This document shows, piece after piece, positions 1-13,565 of a stretch of 64,000 nucleotides of DNA (positions are counted from its first letter, which is position 1; every line of letters starts with the position of its first letter). Source of the stretch: Octopus vulgaris (lineage: Eukaryota); assembly GCA_951406725.2 (NCBI GenBank), contig OX597827.1, positions 58,466,001 through 58,530,000 on the forward strand, given 5' to 3'. Under the pieces are notes generated by a model. That model was not told the origin of the DNA and made no database searches. It saw only the letters and a list, made by a program, of their open reading frames with translations. The position numbers were made by a program, and so were the translations under genes.

Positions 1-552
1 TCCAGAATTCTTGTCTGGTACCAGATCAATCCGAAGATCTAATCAGTTCATGCCAACTATGAGTTTCATCCAAATCCACCCTGCAGTTCTTGAGATAAGT
101 GGGCTGGTTACACCCATGGTATAGGCCACAGGTTATGGTCTCACTAGGCTTGCCGGGTCTTCTCAAGCACAGCATATTTCCAAAGGTCTCTGTCACTAGT
201 CATTGCCTTAGTGAGGCCTAATGTTTGAAGGTCGTGCTTCATCACCTCATCCCAGGTCATCCTGGGTCTACTTCTTCCACAGGTTCCCTCAACCGCTAGG
301 GTGTGGCACTTTTTCACACAGCTCTCCTCATCCATTCTCGCCACATTACCATACCAGCATTGTCATCTCTCCTGTACACCACATCTGACGCTTCTTAGGT
401 CCAACTTTTCTCTCAAGGTACTTACATTCTGTCGAGTATGCACACTGATATTACACATCCAGCGGAGCATACTGGCTTCATTCCTTGCAAGCTTACGCAT
501 GTCCTCAGCAGTCACGACCCATGTTTCACTGCCATGTAGCATGGCTGTTCGT
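1..552 (-). mobile_element. RTE-clade LINE 3' fragment
   Basis: ORF 144-344 (..EGTCGRSRPRMTWDEVMKHDL..DRDLWKYAV..) is an RTE-type C-terminus; same family as 28454-29505. Confidence 0.8.
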
Positions 553-1233
553 ACATATATATATATATTATATTATATCATCATCATTTAGTGTCTGCTT
601 TCCATGCTGGCATGGGTTAGATGGTTTGACTGAAACTGGTAAGCTGCATCAGGTTCCAATCTGATTTGGCATGGTTTCTATGACTGGATGCCATTCCTTA
701 ATGCCAACCACACCAAGTGCATAAACTTCGACTTTATAAAATGCATAATCAATGAATTAAAAATTGTTTGGTATGTGTCATGGCACCGTTTTTTTATGCC
801 TGAAATTTAGAACCTGGCTACACCCCTGATATATATATATATAAATAAATATAAAGATAGATAGAGGGGAGGAAAAAGAAGAGAAAGGAAGGATGGAATT
901 ACTTGATTACAGATGTTTTATGTGGGTGGTTGACTCATTTCATGATTATATTTAAAGCTGTTTCTGAGAAGTAAATTTGAATTAAATATTAGTTTCCATA
1001 ACAACTACAGATTTACTCCAGACCAACCCCACCCCACCCCACCCCTTGAGCCACCTGCTTTGTTGCAGCTTTAGTAATTATTCTACACTGCTGAAGTTTG
1101 TAGGTGCACACTGGAGCCAGACCAATTGTCCACTCAGTTCAATGCATCACACACACACACACAAATCTGTATATCCACACACGAATTTGAAAAAAAAATA
1201 AAACCAATGTGAATGAGAAAGAAAGGGAGAGAA

Positions 1234-1270
<37 letters not shown>

Positions 1271-1545
1271 GTTGTTGAAAGTAGTAACAGATGTGTGATT
1301 CTATGTCTGACAGAATGACGTCAATGCTCCAACCAACTGCAAGACTGAAATAATAATATTGGGATTAAAGCAGACAGAGTCACAGCTGGCCAAAACAATA
1401 GGGTGCCAGCTAGAGATGTTTGAATCCCTTAAGTCCATTTAACTATAAACAGACATGACCATTATCAGCTGCCAAGTAGTGTTAGATTGGCAGAAAGTTT
1501 TACAGCATCGGATAATATGCCTTGCAGTATTTTGTTCCGATTCAA

Positions 1546-1778
1546 GGCGGTGAGCTGGCAGAAACGTTAGCACACCGGGCAAAATGCTTAGCGGTATTTC
1601 GTTTGCCATTATGTTCTGAGTTCAAATTCTGCCGAGGTCAACTTTGCTTTTCATCCTTTCAGAGTCGATAAATTAAATACCAGTTACACACTGGGGTTGA
1701 TGTAATCAACTTAATGCCTTTGTCTGTCCTTGTTTGTCCCCACTATGTTTAGCCCCTTGTGGGCAATAAAGAAATAAG
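1546..1778 (+). mobile_element. tRNA-type SINE family A (central motif resembles Deu/Nin domain). Other copies at about 6573-6800(+), 7441-7570(-), 25725-25925(-), 27133-27330(-), 29705-29925(-), 61333-61543(+), 62089-62298(+)
   Basis: Recurring GGCGGTGAGCTGGCAGAA..TTAGCA..GAGTTCAAATTC (A/B-box-like) followed by GCCTTTCATCCTTTCGGGGTCGATAAA..AAGTACCAG. Domain name is from recall. Confidence 0.8.
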
Positions 1779-3551
1779 TATTTTGTTCCAACTCTGAGTT
1801 CAAATCAGGCTACAGTCAACTTTGCCTTTCATCTCTCTGGGGTTGGTAGCATTCACCAATTCCCTCTCCACAAAATCACTGTCCTTTGCCTAAATTAGAA
1901 ACAGTCATCCTTTTGGGGTCAATTAAATAAGTACCAGTTATGCACTGGGGTCGATATAATCGACTTAATCCCTTTGTCCTTGTTTGTCCCCTCTATGTTT
2001 AGCCCCTTGTGGGCAATAAAGAAATTAGAATCGATACCACAACAGAAAAATACTTATAGGCATTTCTTTTGACTGTATGTTCTGATTTCAAATGTTACCA
2101 AAGCTGACTTTTCATCCTTTCAGGATAAATAAAACAAGTACCAGTCTGACACTGGGGTCAATATAATCAGCTAGCACACTCTCCTGCAATTGCTGGCCTT
2201 GTGCCAACATTTGAAACCAATAATATTTAATATGAGGTAACCTTAAGAAAGAAAGATGACAAAGGAATAAAAGATTATCTTATGAACTTCCATTAGCTTA
2301 CAGCCGTTTCTGCTATAAAATGCAGTGGGCACTCTCTCTCTCTCTCTCTCACAGAGTAATACAGTTGCTTCATTCCTACTTGGTAAAATAAAATGACACC
2401 TAAATTAAATAAAGACCTGGAAGGAATTAACAGGAGTTACTGACAGGAATGTGATATAAGCAAATCTAAAATTCCATTCCTTGCCAGTATAACTATAACT
2501 GAGCTTATACAAATGAGCTGCAAATTTCTGGACATAATCAAGTGCCTTAACCTACCTCAGTAGTTGTTTGGTGCTTACAACATCAACCATGGAAGGAAGA
2601 AATGGTATTGTCAATTTTGGTGAGATATGAACACAGAATATTACCCTCAGCCATTCTTATATCCACTGCTGGATGAAGTCTCTGAATGCTGTTGCTAGCT
2701 TATCTATGTGGATTGATCAAGCAAATAGCACTAACCATCAACACCTAGGCAGAGTTTGAACTCAGAAAACAAGGAACTTTTTTGCTGAATGTTCTAACAA
2801 CTCTGCCAATCTCCCACCTTGAAATGGGACTTTATTTATCAACCCCGAAAGAATGAGCTATGTTGACTTTGGTGGGATTTGATCTCAGAATATAAAGAAC
2901 ATCTTGTCCAATGCTCAAACAACTCAGCCAATCCACCATCTGAGACTAGTACTTTATTTATTAACCCCAAATGGATAAAATGCTGAGTTGACCTTGGTGG
3001 TATTTGAACTCAGAATGTAAACAACTGCAATCTCCATCATCATCATCCTTTAACATTCGTTTTCCATGCTGGCATGGGTTGTGGGTGGCTTGATCAGATC
3101 TGGTGAGACAGTGAGCTACACCAGTTCCAGTCTAGTTTGGCTTGGTTTCTACAGCTGGATGCCCTTCCTAACACTTAACCACTTTACAGTGTGTGCTGGA
3201 TACTTTTCATGTGGCACCAGCATGAGCTTGTATGTGGCATCGGCATGAGTGCTTTTTACATGGCACTAGTGCAATGCATTCTATGTGATGCTGTAACAAC
3301 TGTCAATTCACCATCTCAAAATATGAAGGATCATACACAAAATTCCATGATGAAAATAACATTTATCTTGGAATTATTTTTAGTAGTGCGGCCCACCCGA
3401 TGACGAGCTATATCCTATGTGGCCCACTTCTCAAAAAAGGTAGCTTATGCCTGGTTTTACCTTGAAATCATGGGACCAAATAATGATTATGAAGGTAATA
3501 GTGATGATGCAAGGGAAAAGAAGAATATGTAAAGAAAAAAAAATCACTTAC

Positions 3552-3630
3552 ACTTGGTTCCATCATGCTAGGATCCAAACAGCGGTGTGCAGTACTGCAA
3601 ACAATCTCATCCAATAAAACTTGGACTAAA
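3552..3630 (-). CDS. VPS51: VPS51 exon 19 (penultimate; the stop-containing exon was not found in the window)
   Basis: LVQVLLDEIVCSTAHRCLDPSMMEPS; tag/gtaag. Exons 1-19 total 2322 nt (774 codons) with no stop. Confidence 0.94.
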
Positions 3631-3749
3631 CTATAAAAGAGAAAATAAATGGGAAGATATTCTTTTAAAAAGATTTACAAAAGAGGTCATGTGATTCCAA
3701 GTGGGTTGGAATCATAGAGTGTGTAATCAAGAAAATATATCATCAAATA

Positions 3750-3915
3750 TACTTCTACAACGGTGGTTCAGTCATGCAGCCTGGCATCCAGAGGGTAAGC
3801 TGATTCACGATGTCCTCCTCCCACCTCAACTTCCCAACTGGTGCAAATGCACAGGCGGGCAGCTGAAGACCTGGGCAACAACGATAAAGGAGGACCACTC
3901 CGAACTCTCAGGTCT
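3750..3915 (+). mobile_element. Decayed fragment of a second RTE-like LINE
   Basis: LQRWFSHAA...GGQLKTWATTIKED resembles the LRWFGH..RGGQ.KTW C-terminal region of RTE ORFs. Confidence 0.55.
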
Positions 3916-3978
3916 TAGGGTTAGGGTTGTCTTGGGGAAATTTCGAACCTGGGTTCTCATTCCTAAGGCATTTTTCGA

Positions 3979-4010
<32 letters not shown>

Positions 4011-4321
4011 TCACTGCCTGGAATCGAACTTGGAATCTTGGGGTTAGTAGCACACGCTCTTAACCACTATGCCATATGCCCTGAACTAGGATAAACTCCA
4101 ACATATGGGAGTGTCGGGAAAAATATCCACTAATAATGAAACCACCACCACTATTAGTAGCTGTTTCTGATTTAGGCACAAGGCCTGCAGTTTTAAGGCG
4201 GGAAGATTAGTCTGTACCATGAAAGAGGAGTAGAAGAAAGAGGATGACAATGGTTGTGGTGGAGGTGACAATATAAACAAAACATATTACAATATCTGTT
4301 AGATATTGAAAACACACTTAC

Positions 4322-4434
4322 TTTTCGTCTGATACAAATCTCCACAGGTACAGCTGAAGATAATGGGTATCAACTTGAATTTGTTGCAGGCCATAGCGTC
4401 CAAATGTTCTCAATCGGACACATTCAAGGAAAGT
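4322..4434 (-). CDS. VPS51: VPS51 exon 18
   Basis: [37 protein letters not shown](N); aag acceptor, gtaag donor. Confidence 0.96.
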
Positions 4435-4682
4435 CTTGTAAAGAAAGAAAAAAAAAAGGCAAAATATAAAATTTAAACTGGTTAAAACATAAGCAATTGA
4501 AATAGGTTAGTGTAGGACAAAAAGTAGAAAACTGGATGAAAAATCTAAATATATCACTCTTGAAAAACATTGATTCAGTTATTACTAAAATTAATACCTT
4601 GTGCTATTATGGTAATAATGCTTGGAGTTCAGTTTCAGCCACAGGCCAACTTTACCTTTCATCCTTCTGAAGTCAACAAAAC

Positions 4683-4812
4683 TTACACAAAGATTAAATT
4701 TATGTCCAATATTTGACTGGTTCTAATTCAACTAATCCAAAATTAGAACCAGTCAAATATTGGACATAAATTTAATCTTTGTGTAATATTGGACATAAAT
4801 TTAATCTTTGTG
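4683..4812. repeat. Perfect 46-bp inverted repeat with 12-nt loop plus adjacent 28-bp direct duplication
   Basis: 4683-4728 is the exact reverse complement of 4741-4786. AATATTGGACATAAATTTAATCTTTGTG occurs at 4756-4783 and 4785-4812. Confidence 0.95.
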
Positions 4813-5843
4813 CAATTCACTGTACACATAAGGATCTATTATTGTCAGTTGGCAGATATTAGCAAACATCAGCAAACAGCTTATTTACTGATGTTATAAA
4901 CAAGAAACAACCACATCGAAACACTGCATGTCCCAGAGTCCCCTAATAATATCAAATCAAGTGTATTGTAAACATGCATATATTTTAAAGGAGAGGTTGC
5001 TCTCCTGTGACGAAATAACAAGTGATTAGCGTAATCACATTTGAATCAGAAAGAATGTATTCAGAATGAATTTGGTAATAAGTCACCTTACATGTTCAAG
5101 TGGTACACTTTAAACAGACTTAACTATGGGAAGAAAATCAAAGACAATCAATCTCTTTAACATAATTCATTATGTTATGTTATAAATTCGATGTTAAGGA
5201 AATCTATAAATGTAAGCATCAAAATAGAAAGTAAAAATGACAAATATAAAATGCAGAATTTCCCAAGGTCCTGCTTTAGTTACTGTTGTATCCTTCAATG
5301 AATGAAAATGCAAAGGCTGCTCACTGGAGCTTCAACTTAACATGTTTTTACTTTGTCTTGTTTCAAAATGGCTTACACTATCAAAACTGTTCTTGTCAGT
5401 GCAACAGTTACTGACCTCTTCACAGATTTTACAGAAACTGAATTGATGATCTTAAAAAGAAAGCACAGCTTCATCTATTAATAAGTTCAGCATTCCAGTA
5501 GTGTTTGCCTCATTAGTTACAAGCTGTAACATTCTATCACTGCCTAACCCAGATACAATATTCAAATATTCTAAGGCGGCAAGTAAGGGGAATTATTAGA
5601 ATAAAGTTAGTCCACCAGGCAAAATGCTTAGTGGCCTTTTGTCTGCCTTTACATTCTGTGTGCAGATTCCACAACAAAAGATACCAACAGGAATAAGTAC
5701 CAGACTTAAAAGAAAAAATAAAAGGAAAAAAATACTAGGGTTGATTTGTTTCACTAAACCCTTCAAAAGCAGTGTTTCGGCATGGCCATAGACCAATGAC
5801 TGAAACAAGTCAAAGATAAAAGACAAAAGCAGTAAGCACTTAC

Positions 5844-5964
5844 TTTTAAACTGATTTTAATGATGCCGGTGAGAACTGAAACTTTGGAGAACTCAACTGG
5901 GGAGAAGATTTCAATTTTCTCAGAAAACAGCTTCTGGATATTACTGATCAAGCTGTTGTCTATG
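5844..5964 (-). CDS. VPS51: VPS51 exon 17
   Basis: (S)[40 protein letters not shown]; cag/gtaag. Confidence 0.96.
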
Positions 5965-7779
5965 CTGGAAAAAAAAAAAGAAAAACAAAAATCACTTATG
6001 GCTTAAAATGTATTTGTATGTGTCTTAGAAGGTGCATGGATTAATGACTAAGGTTTTCAGCTCATAATCATAAGATCAGGAGTTCTATTCCTGGCAGCAT
6101 TCTATATCCTTAAACAAGACACTTTATTTCTCGTTGCTCCAGTCCACTCAGCTGACAAAAATGAATGGTACCTGTGGTTCAAAGGGCCAGCTTTGTTGCA
6201 CTCTTGTCACACCGAGAATGACATTAAGGGCACATATGTTTGAGGAGTGCTCAGCCACTTGCATGTTAATTTCACGAGCAGGCTGTTCTGTTGATCGGGA
6301 TCAGCTGGATCACTTGTTTGTATGTGTTTGTATGTACACACAAACATATTCAAAAACAAATTGTATCAGCAAGTATTTATGAGTGAATAGTTTTGTACAT
6401 GTGGTTGTGTACATTTGTGTGTGATTGTGTATCAATTTATTAATTAGAGAGAGAAGGGTATGGAATGAGATGACTGGGTGTGGCTGTTTGGATACTGATG
6501 ATTTGGTAGAGATGACAGCACATCTAACGTTCTGGTGAGGATACATTTTGGCACAAGAAGCAAACATACACAGGCAAGCTGGCAGAAGCATTAGCACGCT
6601 GGGCAAAATGCTTAGCAGTATTTTGTCTGCCACTATGTTCTGAGTTCAAATTCCGCTGAGGTCGACTTTACCTTTCATCCTTTCAGGGTCGATTAAATAA
6701 GTACCAGTTACACACTGGGATTGATATAACCGACTTAATCTGTTTGTCTGTCCTTGTTTGTTCCCTCAGTGTGTAGCCCCTTGTGGGCAGTAAAGAAAGA
6801 AGAAGCAAACATACACACACAAGCACCACATGTAGAAATGTATACATGGAGAGGGAGAGAGAAAGACAGACAGAGTGAGATGTTAACATGTCTGATGTCA
6901 AATAAGTCAGCATCAAATCAGTCAGGCTAAACAGGCAGCACCAAAACAGCTGTGCTGAAATGTCTCATAACCAGAAGAGCAACACCTTTGAATCTTTATG
7001 TTTTTAGGGTCTCCAAGACTAGTAGAGAGAAAAGAAGAAAATATCTACAAACTGGAGACCTGGCCTGACTGCTCCCAGTGGAGTAAACTTTACTAATGTT
7101 ATCCAGGAAACAGATGGTGGTGAATAAAACTAGGCAACTGATTGAATCTACCACTATAGAACTTGGGACAGAAAGGGCTGAAAGAAACACAAGGCATTAC
7201 TATTCAACACTAATGATTCTACCAAGAGACATAAGCTCAAAAGTATAACTGACAAGGAAATTAGAGAGTCTCTCCAGGCTGAGCTGCTGGTACTTTGCAT
7301 GGAGAGGCCACAGTGCCAGTAATACATATATGGTTAGATTGATGCAAGAAGGAATTGCAAGACAGATTCTTCAAGCTGAACTAACTGAAAGGAGATACCT
7401 AAGGGTGGATCAAGAATGAGCTGGTTGGATAATATATCCTATTTCTTTACTACCCACAAAGGGCTAAACACAGAGAGGACAAACAAGGACAGACAAACAG
7501 ATTAAGTCGATTATATCGACCCCAGTGTGTAACTGGTACTTAATTTATCGACCCTGAAAGGATGAAAGGTTCTCAGGGAAACATAATCTTACTCATTCTT
7601 ATCAGATGTATGCATGCATGGTTTTTTGTTATAAGAAACACTTATGAGCAATAACATAATTGTATGCTTGAGCCAAAATAGCAGTCTAATGGATTAATCA
7701 ATGTTTTCCTGTGTGTATGTGTGTGTGTGGGGCTCTCTGTAAATGCTTAGCTTCGAATTTAGGATTGGGATGCATTTAC

Positions 7780-8009
7780 CTGGGTGTAAAGTTCCACTGT
7801 GGTCGTCTCTGCTGTTGAGAAAGACTATAGCTGTGTGTCCGACGGCTGGAGTCACTACTACGCTCCTTACGAATCCCTTCTTCATACAGCTGTCCCACTT
7901 GTACATCAATGGCAGTTATGTCTTCCACCACACGTTTCATCACAGCTCGGACATTTCGGGGTTCAATCGTATGAAGCCAGTCTCGTGTCTCCACACTCTT
8001 GCGCAGCAT
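7780..8009 (-). CDS. VPS51: VPS51 exon 16
   Basis: [45 protein letters not shown]...QWNFTP, a highly conserved Vps51 block; aag acceptor, gtaaa donor. Confidence 0.96.
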
Positions 8010-10053
8010 CTTCAATGGTAAAGAGAGAGCAAGTCAAAATTTAGTTCTGCATAACCACAATATATTTTATAAATTGAAGTTTAAAAAACAAAAAGAAAAC
8101 CAAGATGCTGATGAATAAGATGTCATCATCATCATCATCATAGTTTTAATGTCCACATTTTCATACTAGCACAAGTTAGATGGAGATTACTGAGGCAGAT
8201 TATCTATGGCCAGATGCTCTTGCTGTCATTAACTCATATGCATTTCCAAGCAAGGTAATATTTCCAAATAGCCAGACATATTTCTCATGGAAGAATGGAA
8301 ACAAACAACTCTTATTTACAACTTCTTGGCCCTGTCTCACTGTATCATTGCTATCCATTACCCCCGACCTGTGTGTTCCACCCACACATAAGAAAATTTT
8401 TCACACACCCTATCCCCCAAAAAACAATCTACATATCTTCTCTTCTTCACATTTCCTCTTTTATGTACTATACCTACCTCTCATTCCCCAATCTTGTTCT
8501 CACAGCTCTAATTCTCTGTATCATTGTTATCTGGTACCCACCGCCCTATATACCCAGGTTTTCCACCACTCACTTCTCCTCCCCACTCTCTAATCATGCT
8601 TCTTTGGCAATATTCTGCCACCTATATCATGACCTTTGAACCTAAAAGGTATGTCCTGGCACTTGCCACCATCTATATCTCTCTCTGCCTTTACTCGACC
8701 ATCCCATTTATATTCTGATCCCCATCCCTTGTGAGTATGCCAGGCACTTTGCCAGCATCTCTATCCTGCTATCACACACTCTCACTATCCTCCTCCTGTA
8801 CTTCCTTCAAGTTGGGTAACCATGTTTCCCCTTTGTGGCAGTACACCTGTTTCTGTCCTCATTCCTGATCTCTCTCTCTCTGTCCGGCCAGGTAACCTTG
8901 TACCTCCTCTACAGCAAGACACCTTTCATCGTCTGACACAAGATCATCTCCTCCAATAACCCCTTCCCTCTCAAAGGATCTTTGTCTTACAAGTTACTTG
9001 GTGACCCTGTCAATGCTGGCAACACTTAAAAAGCACCCAGTCCAGACTGTAAAGTGGTTGGCATTTGGAAGGGTATCCAGCAGTAAAAGCTTTGATAAAA
9101 CTGACCTTGCTTGTGCTTTTGCCATGTAAAAAGCACTAAGTCCACTCTGTGGGGTGGTTGGTGTTAGGAAGGGCATCCAGCCGTAAAACTCCTGCCAAAA
9201 CAGTCACAAAAGTCTGGTGCAGGCTTCTATCTGGCTGGCTCCTATCAAACAATCCCACTCATACCAGCATGGAAAGTGGACATTAAACGATGATGATATA
9301 CATAGGATGCTGAACCTTTCATGTGAGATGACAAAGGACCAAGATGCCTGGCGCATTGCTGTACTCAAAAAGACCCATACACTGCAGCAAAGAAGTTAAG
9401 ACTGGTTCCTCTGTTGGTGTAAAACACTTGTGGCAGTGTCATATAAAAGCACCTGTGAGGTGCCACAGAAAAGTGCCTGTGCAGTGCCATGTAAAAGCAC
9501 CAAGCACACTCTGCAATGTGATTGGCATTAGGAAGGGCATCCAGCCATAGAAACCATGCCAAATCAGACTGGAGTCTGATGAGGCTCCCCAGCTTGCCAG
9601 CTCTGGTCAAACCATCCAACCCATGCCAGCTTGGACAACGGATGTTAAATGATGATGATGGCAAATACAATGTACTACTTCTAGTTTCCATCTAATAAAT
9701 AATATCACAAAACTTTGGTTGGCCTGAGGTAATAGAAGACACTTGCTCATGGTACCATGAAATGGGGCTGAACCTGAAACCATGCAGTCGTGAACCAAAC
9801 TTCTTAACCACATAGTCACACCTTTGACATTCAGAAAATAGGCACTACTCTGAAAATACCTCTTATCATACTATCCAATTAAGATAACATTCTAACAAAG
9901 TATGTATCTCTCTCTCACACACAAAAGCACGTATCTCTCTCACACACACGAAGGTATGTATCTCTCTCTGTCTCACACACACACACACATGTATAAATCC
10001 CATATCATTACATTAAAAAGAGACTTCTCAAAAATCCTATGGAAATGATGTAC

Positions 10054-10194
10054 CTGGGAAATAGTAAGTCCTTGTATTCGAACATAATGGTTTAAAAGCT
10101 TCTGGGCAGCACATTTTGCCTCTTCACATAATTTAGATATAGGAGTTACTCCGGTTGTGTCTTCCATCAGAAGTTGTTCTTCAGTCAGCACAAC
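10054..10194 (-). CDS. VPS51: VPS51 exon 15
   Basis: VVLTEEQLLMEDTTGVTPISKLCEEAKCAAQKLLNHYVRIQGLTISQ; cag/gtaca. Confidence 0.93.
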
Positions 10195-11119
10195 CTGTTG
10201 GATAGAAAAGGAATTATTGCACAAATAACTTAAAGAAATGTTTCATAGGATGATGAAGCATTGATAATGGAATGACAAGTGTGTTATGAAATCTAAGAGG
10301 GAAAGAGAAAGCAAAATACACCAAATAAAAAAGTGAACAAAATCTTTATGTGTGTGTGTATTTAACGACCATGCACTTGTATACTTGTGTGTAAGAAAGT
10401 AAGGTTTGACCCAATATGTATGAACAGCACATGACTAAGTTAGTTGTAAAGATCCCTTCAGTCATGAATGACCATAAGATTGCACCTAGGAAGTTACCCT
10501 CCAAGGTATAAGTCTGGGCAAGGTTGTTGAGGGAAGACTAGCAGTCTCTCATGCATACCAGCCTCTCCTCTCCTCTCCACACCACTGACATTATCCAAGG
10601 GAAAGGCAAAGGCTGATACAGCTTGGCACCAGTGATGTCACAACTCATGTCAACAGCTGAGTGAGCTGGAGTAACGTGGAATAAAGTGTCTTTGCTCAAG
10701 AACACAATGCACAGCCCGGTCCCGGGGAATCGAACTCACCGCTACATGACTGTGAGCTTGATGCTCTAACCACTGAGCCATAGCTAAACGGAAATTTACA
10801 GTTAATCTTCCTATATAGGTGCAATCCCATGGTCATTCATGACCGAAGGGTATCTTTTTTATATTTTTATAATTAAATATTATTAGGAATTGTATTAAAA
10901 AAAAATTGTCAAAATAATTTGTGTATTGTAGAAGTGTAACCAATTTATAGCACATAAACCTTAACAACAAAATCTTATATAGACCCTCACCAAGGGCCAT
11001 ATGGACCCCAGTTGAGAATCACTGATCTACACAATCTTAGCACGTCTTTAAAACTTGTGAGTGACTGTTATGTAGCAGTCATCACTTTTAAATATGTGTA
11101 TGTGTCAGAGTACACTCAC

Positions 11120-11224
11120 CAAATGTGATATGATAGAATTACTGAAATCTTCACAGAGTCTTGAGAGAATTAATAACAATGAAGGTGGAATAGACCCTCG
11201 TTCAGCAGCACCTTCACAGAAATC
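11120..11224 (-). CDS. VPS51: VPS51 exon 14
   Basis: DFCEGAAERGSIPPSLLLILSRLCEDFSNSIISHL; cag/gtgag. Confidence 0.94.
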
Positions 11225-12956
11225 CTGTAACAAAAAAAAAAAGAGAAATGACATACACCTCAATACTTCCAAACACATGTATCTATATAGCATCTATACA
11301 CAAACTGATTTATTAACATTGGATCACCAAGGTCAGAACAAATAAGACTTATGGCACAATATTTGGAAGAGGCCAATATAAGATATCTTATGGTCAGTTT
11401 TGTAGGATTCCAGCTACACAGAGGATGAAGAACTGCAGATGTCTGAGTATATTTTTATTAGCTTGACATTTGGCATGTTTTAATATATTTAGAGTTTCAT
11501 GTGGTGATCATAGCAGAAGCATGGAAGATAAATTTTTATTAGAGAACCACAATCATTATTAATGCTTAGCAACAGGTCTTTTTTCAGAACGCTTTTTCCA
11601 ATTCAGCTTCTTATGCATTGAGAGCTCTCCCTGACACATCACCAATCACCACCATCTTTTTTTTTAAACTTTACCCCAAGAAGACATGGGCCAAAGTACT
11701 GAAGAAAAACCTCAGGATGCTGAATTGTTCAGAGGAGATGAGAAAGGACTGGGATATCAGGTGCTTTGAAGACCCATCCTCTACAACAGAAGTGTTAATG
11801 CTGCTTTCCCTGATGAAGGGAATTGGCCTGCAAGAGTCCTGTGCTGGCACCACATAACAAGTACTTGTGACAGAACCATGTAAAAATGCTCACAACAGTG
11901 CCATGTTAAAAGCACGCAGTACACACAGTAAAGTGGTTGGCATTAGGAAGGGCATCCAGTCACAGAAACCAAGCCAAATCACACTGGAACCTGGTGCAGC
12001 TCTCTGGCTTGCTAGCTCTGGTCAAACTGTCCAACCCATGCCAGCATGGAAAGCAGACATAAAAAGATGATGATGACTCCCATCTAGTCCTACAATGTGA
12101 GAGAGCCATGTATCTCTCCTACAGTAAGAAACTTGTACCTGCTCTTCCTTTCACACTTCAACCTCTCAACATCTAGCATGAAGCCATTTCCCTCTCTACA
12201 ATAGTCCTTCTCAGTTGAGCGGGATATTAGTTTTGCAAGTTACATGGTGACCTCACTTGTGCTGGTGCCACAAAAAAGCATCCAGTACCCTCTGTAAAGT
12301 GACTGCATTAAAAAGAACAGAAACTGCACCAAAGCAGACACTGGAGCGGTCCACTGACTTGTTGAATTCTGTTGAGTTATCCAACCCATGCTATCATGAA
12401 AGACAGACATTAAATGATGATGATGATGACAATGATGATGATAATGGGATTTTAACTCAAAGCACATTAAGCTGTAATGAATACTGCAAGGTATTCTATG
12501 AACACCCCATTTATTCACTGTGTTTTGCTTCTGAATTATTCAATGATGGATACATATGATGCAGCTGCTAATAAAAAAAAGCTACAACAATAAATCTACT
12601 TTGTATACATAACGTTGGTGTGTATTTACACTAAATGGAAAATATTACGTCACCAAAGTGACAGTTATTTATTTCAGAGTTGTGTGCCCTTTTTAAAAGA
12701 AATAGCATTCATCATTTAATCGTTTGATGATACAAACTTTCTCTTCTAATATGATCGAAATTAAAATCTTCCACTAATGCTTCAAGTTAATTCATGTTCC
12801 AAACACCAGCTTGATAATGACAAAATTATTTTACTAATTTCTTTCTTTATTTTCAAAATTAATTGAAACAAAATCAGTGTATTTCAACAGAAATATGATA
12901 ACAAAAGAGTTTAAGAAAAGAAGAAGAAATCATTGTTAACAACAAAAAGTACTCAC

Positions 12957-13079
12957 AGAACAAACTTGGCATATATGCCTAATAAAGTTAGTAAGTATTC
13001 CTTCTCTCACATCTTGTATACAGAAAGGGCCCCTGAAGTATGGCTTCATAGCAAAAGTTATATCAGGGGAAATAAATGC
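12957..13079 (-). CDS. VPS51: VPS51 exon 13
   Basis: AFISPDITFAMKPYFRGPFCIQDVREGILTNFIRHICQVCS; cag/gtgag; phase 0-0. Confidence 0.93.
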
Positions 13080-13522
13080 CTGTAAAAATGAACAAAGAAC
13101 CAATTTAAAACAAATTTCATCAAGGGCAGAGGTCACCAAACTTGGGACAGTATCTACACAAACTCAAAATATCAGTTCGAAGCTAATATTTTTATGGTTA
13201 TATTTGTTGTTACGATTTTTAAATCACAAATAACATTTTTAAGAGATTAATTTTTTATCAAATTCTATAAATGTTACATTACAAGTTAGCTACAAATTGA
13301 TTTTTATGTAGAAGCTGTAAAAACACCTAATTTATAAAGGATGCTAACATCCAATGTTGAAAGATATAAACAAACAAATCATGGAAAACTGTGACCCCAC
13401 AGGACTTCCCGAATGGCATGTCTAGCAAAAATTACCTGGCATTCTTTAAGTAGTGTAACCCACCTGATAATATATATATATATATATATATTATAAAAAT
13501 AGAATATTATATATTTATTATG

Positions 13523-13565
13523 ATAACACTAGTACTTTCATGCATTATGCAATCATCAGGTTTAT
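13523..13565 (-). ncRNA. Minimal type I hammerhead ribozyme-like motif (intact core)
   Basis: ATAAAC CTGATGA T TGCA-TAA-TGCA T GAA AGTACT A GTGTTAT. Confidence 0.6.

Noticed and set aside
1-3540. Terminal VPS51 exon (expected about 9 codons plus stop)
   Set aside because: No convincing acceptor-plus-peptide match found; it likely lies left of the window.
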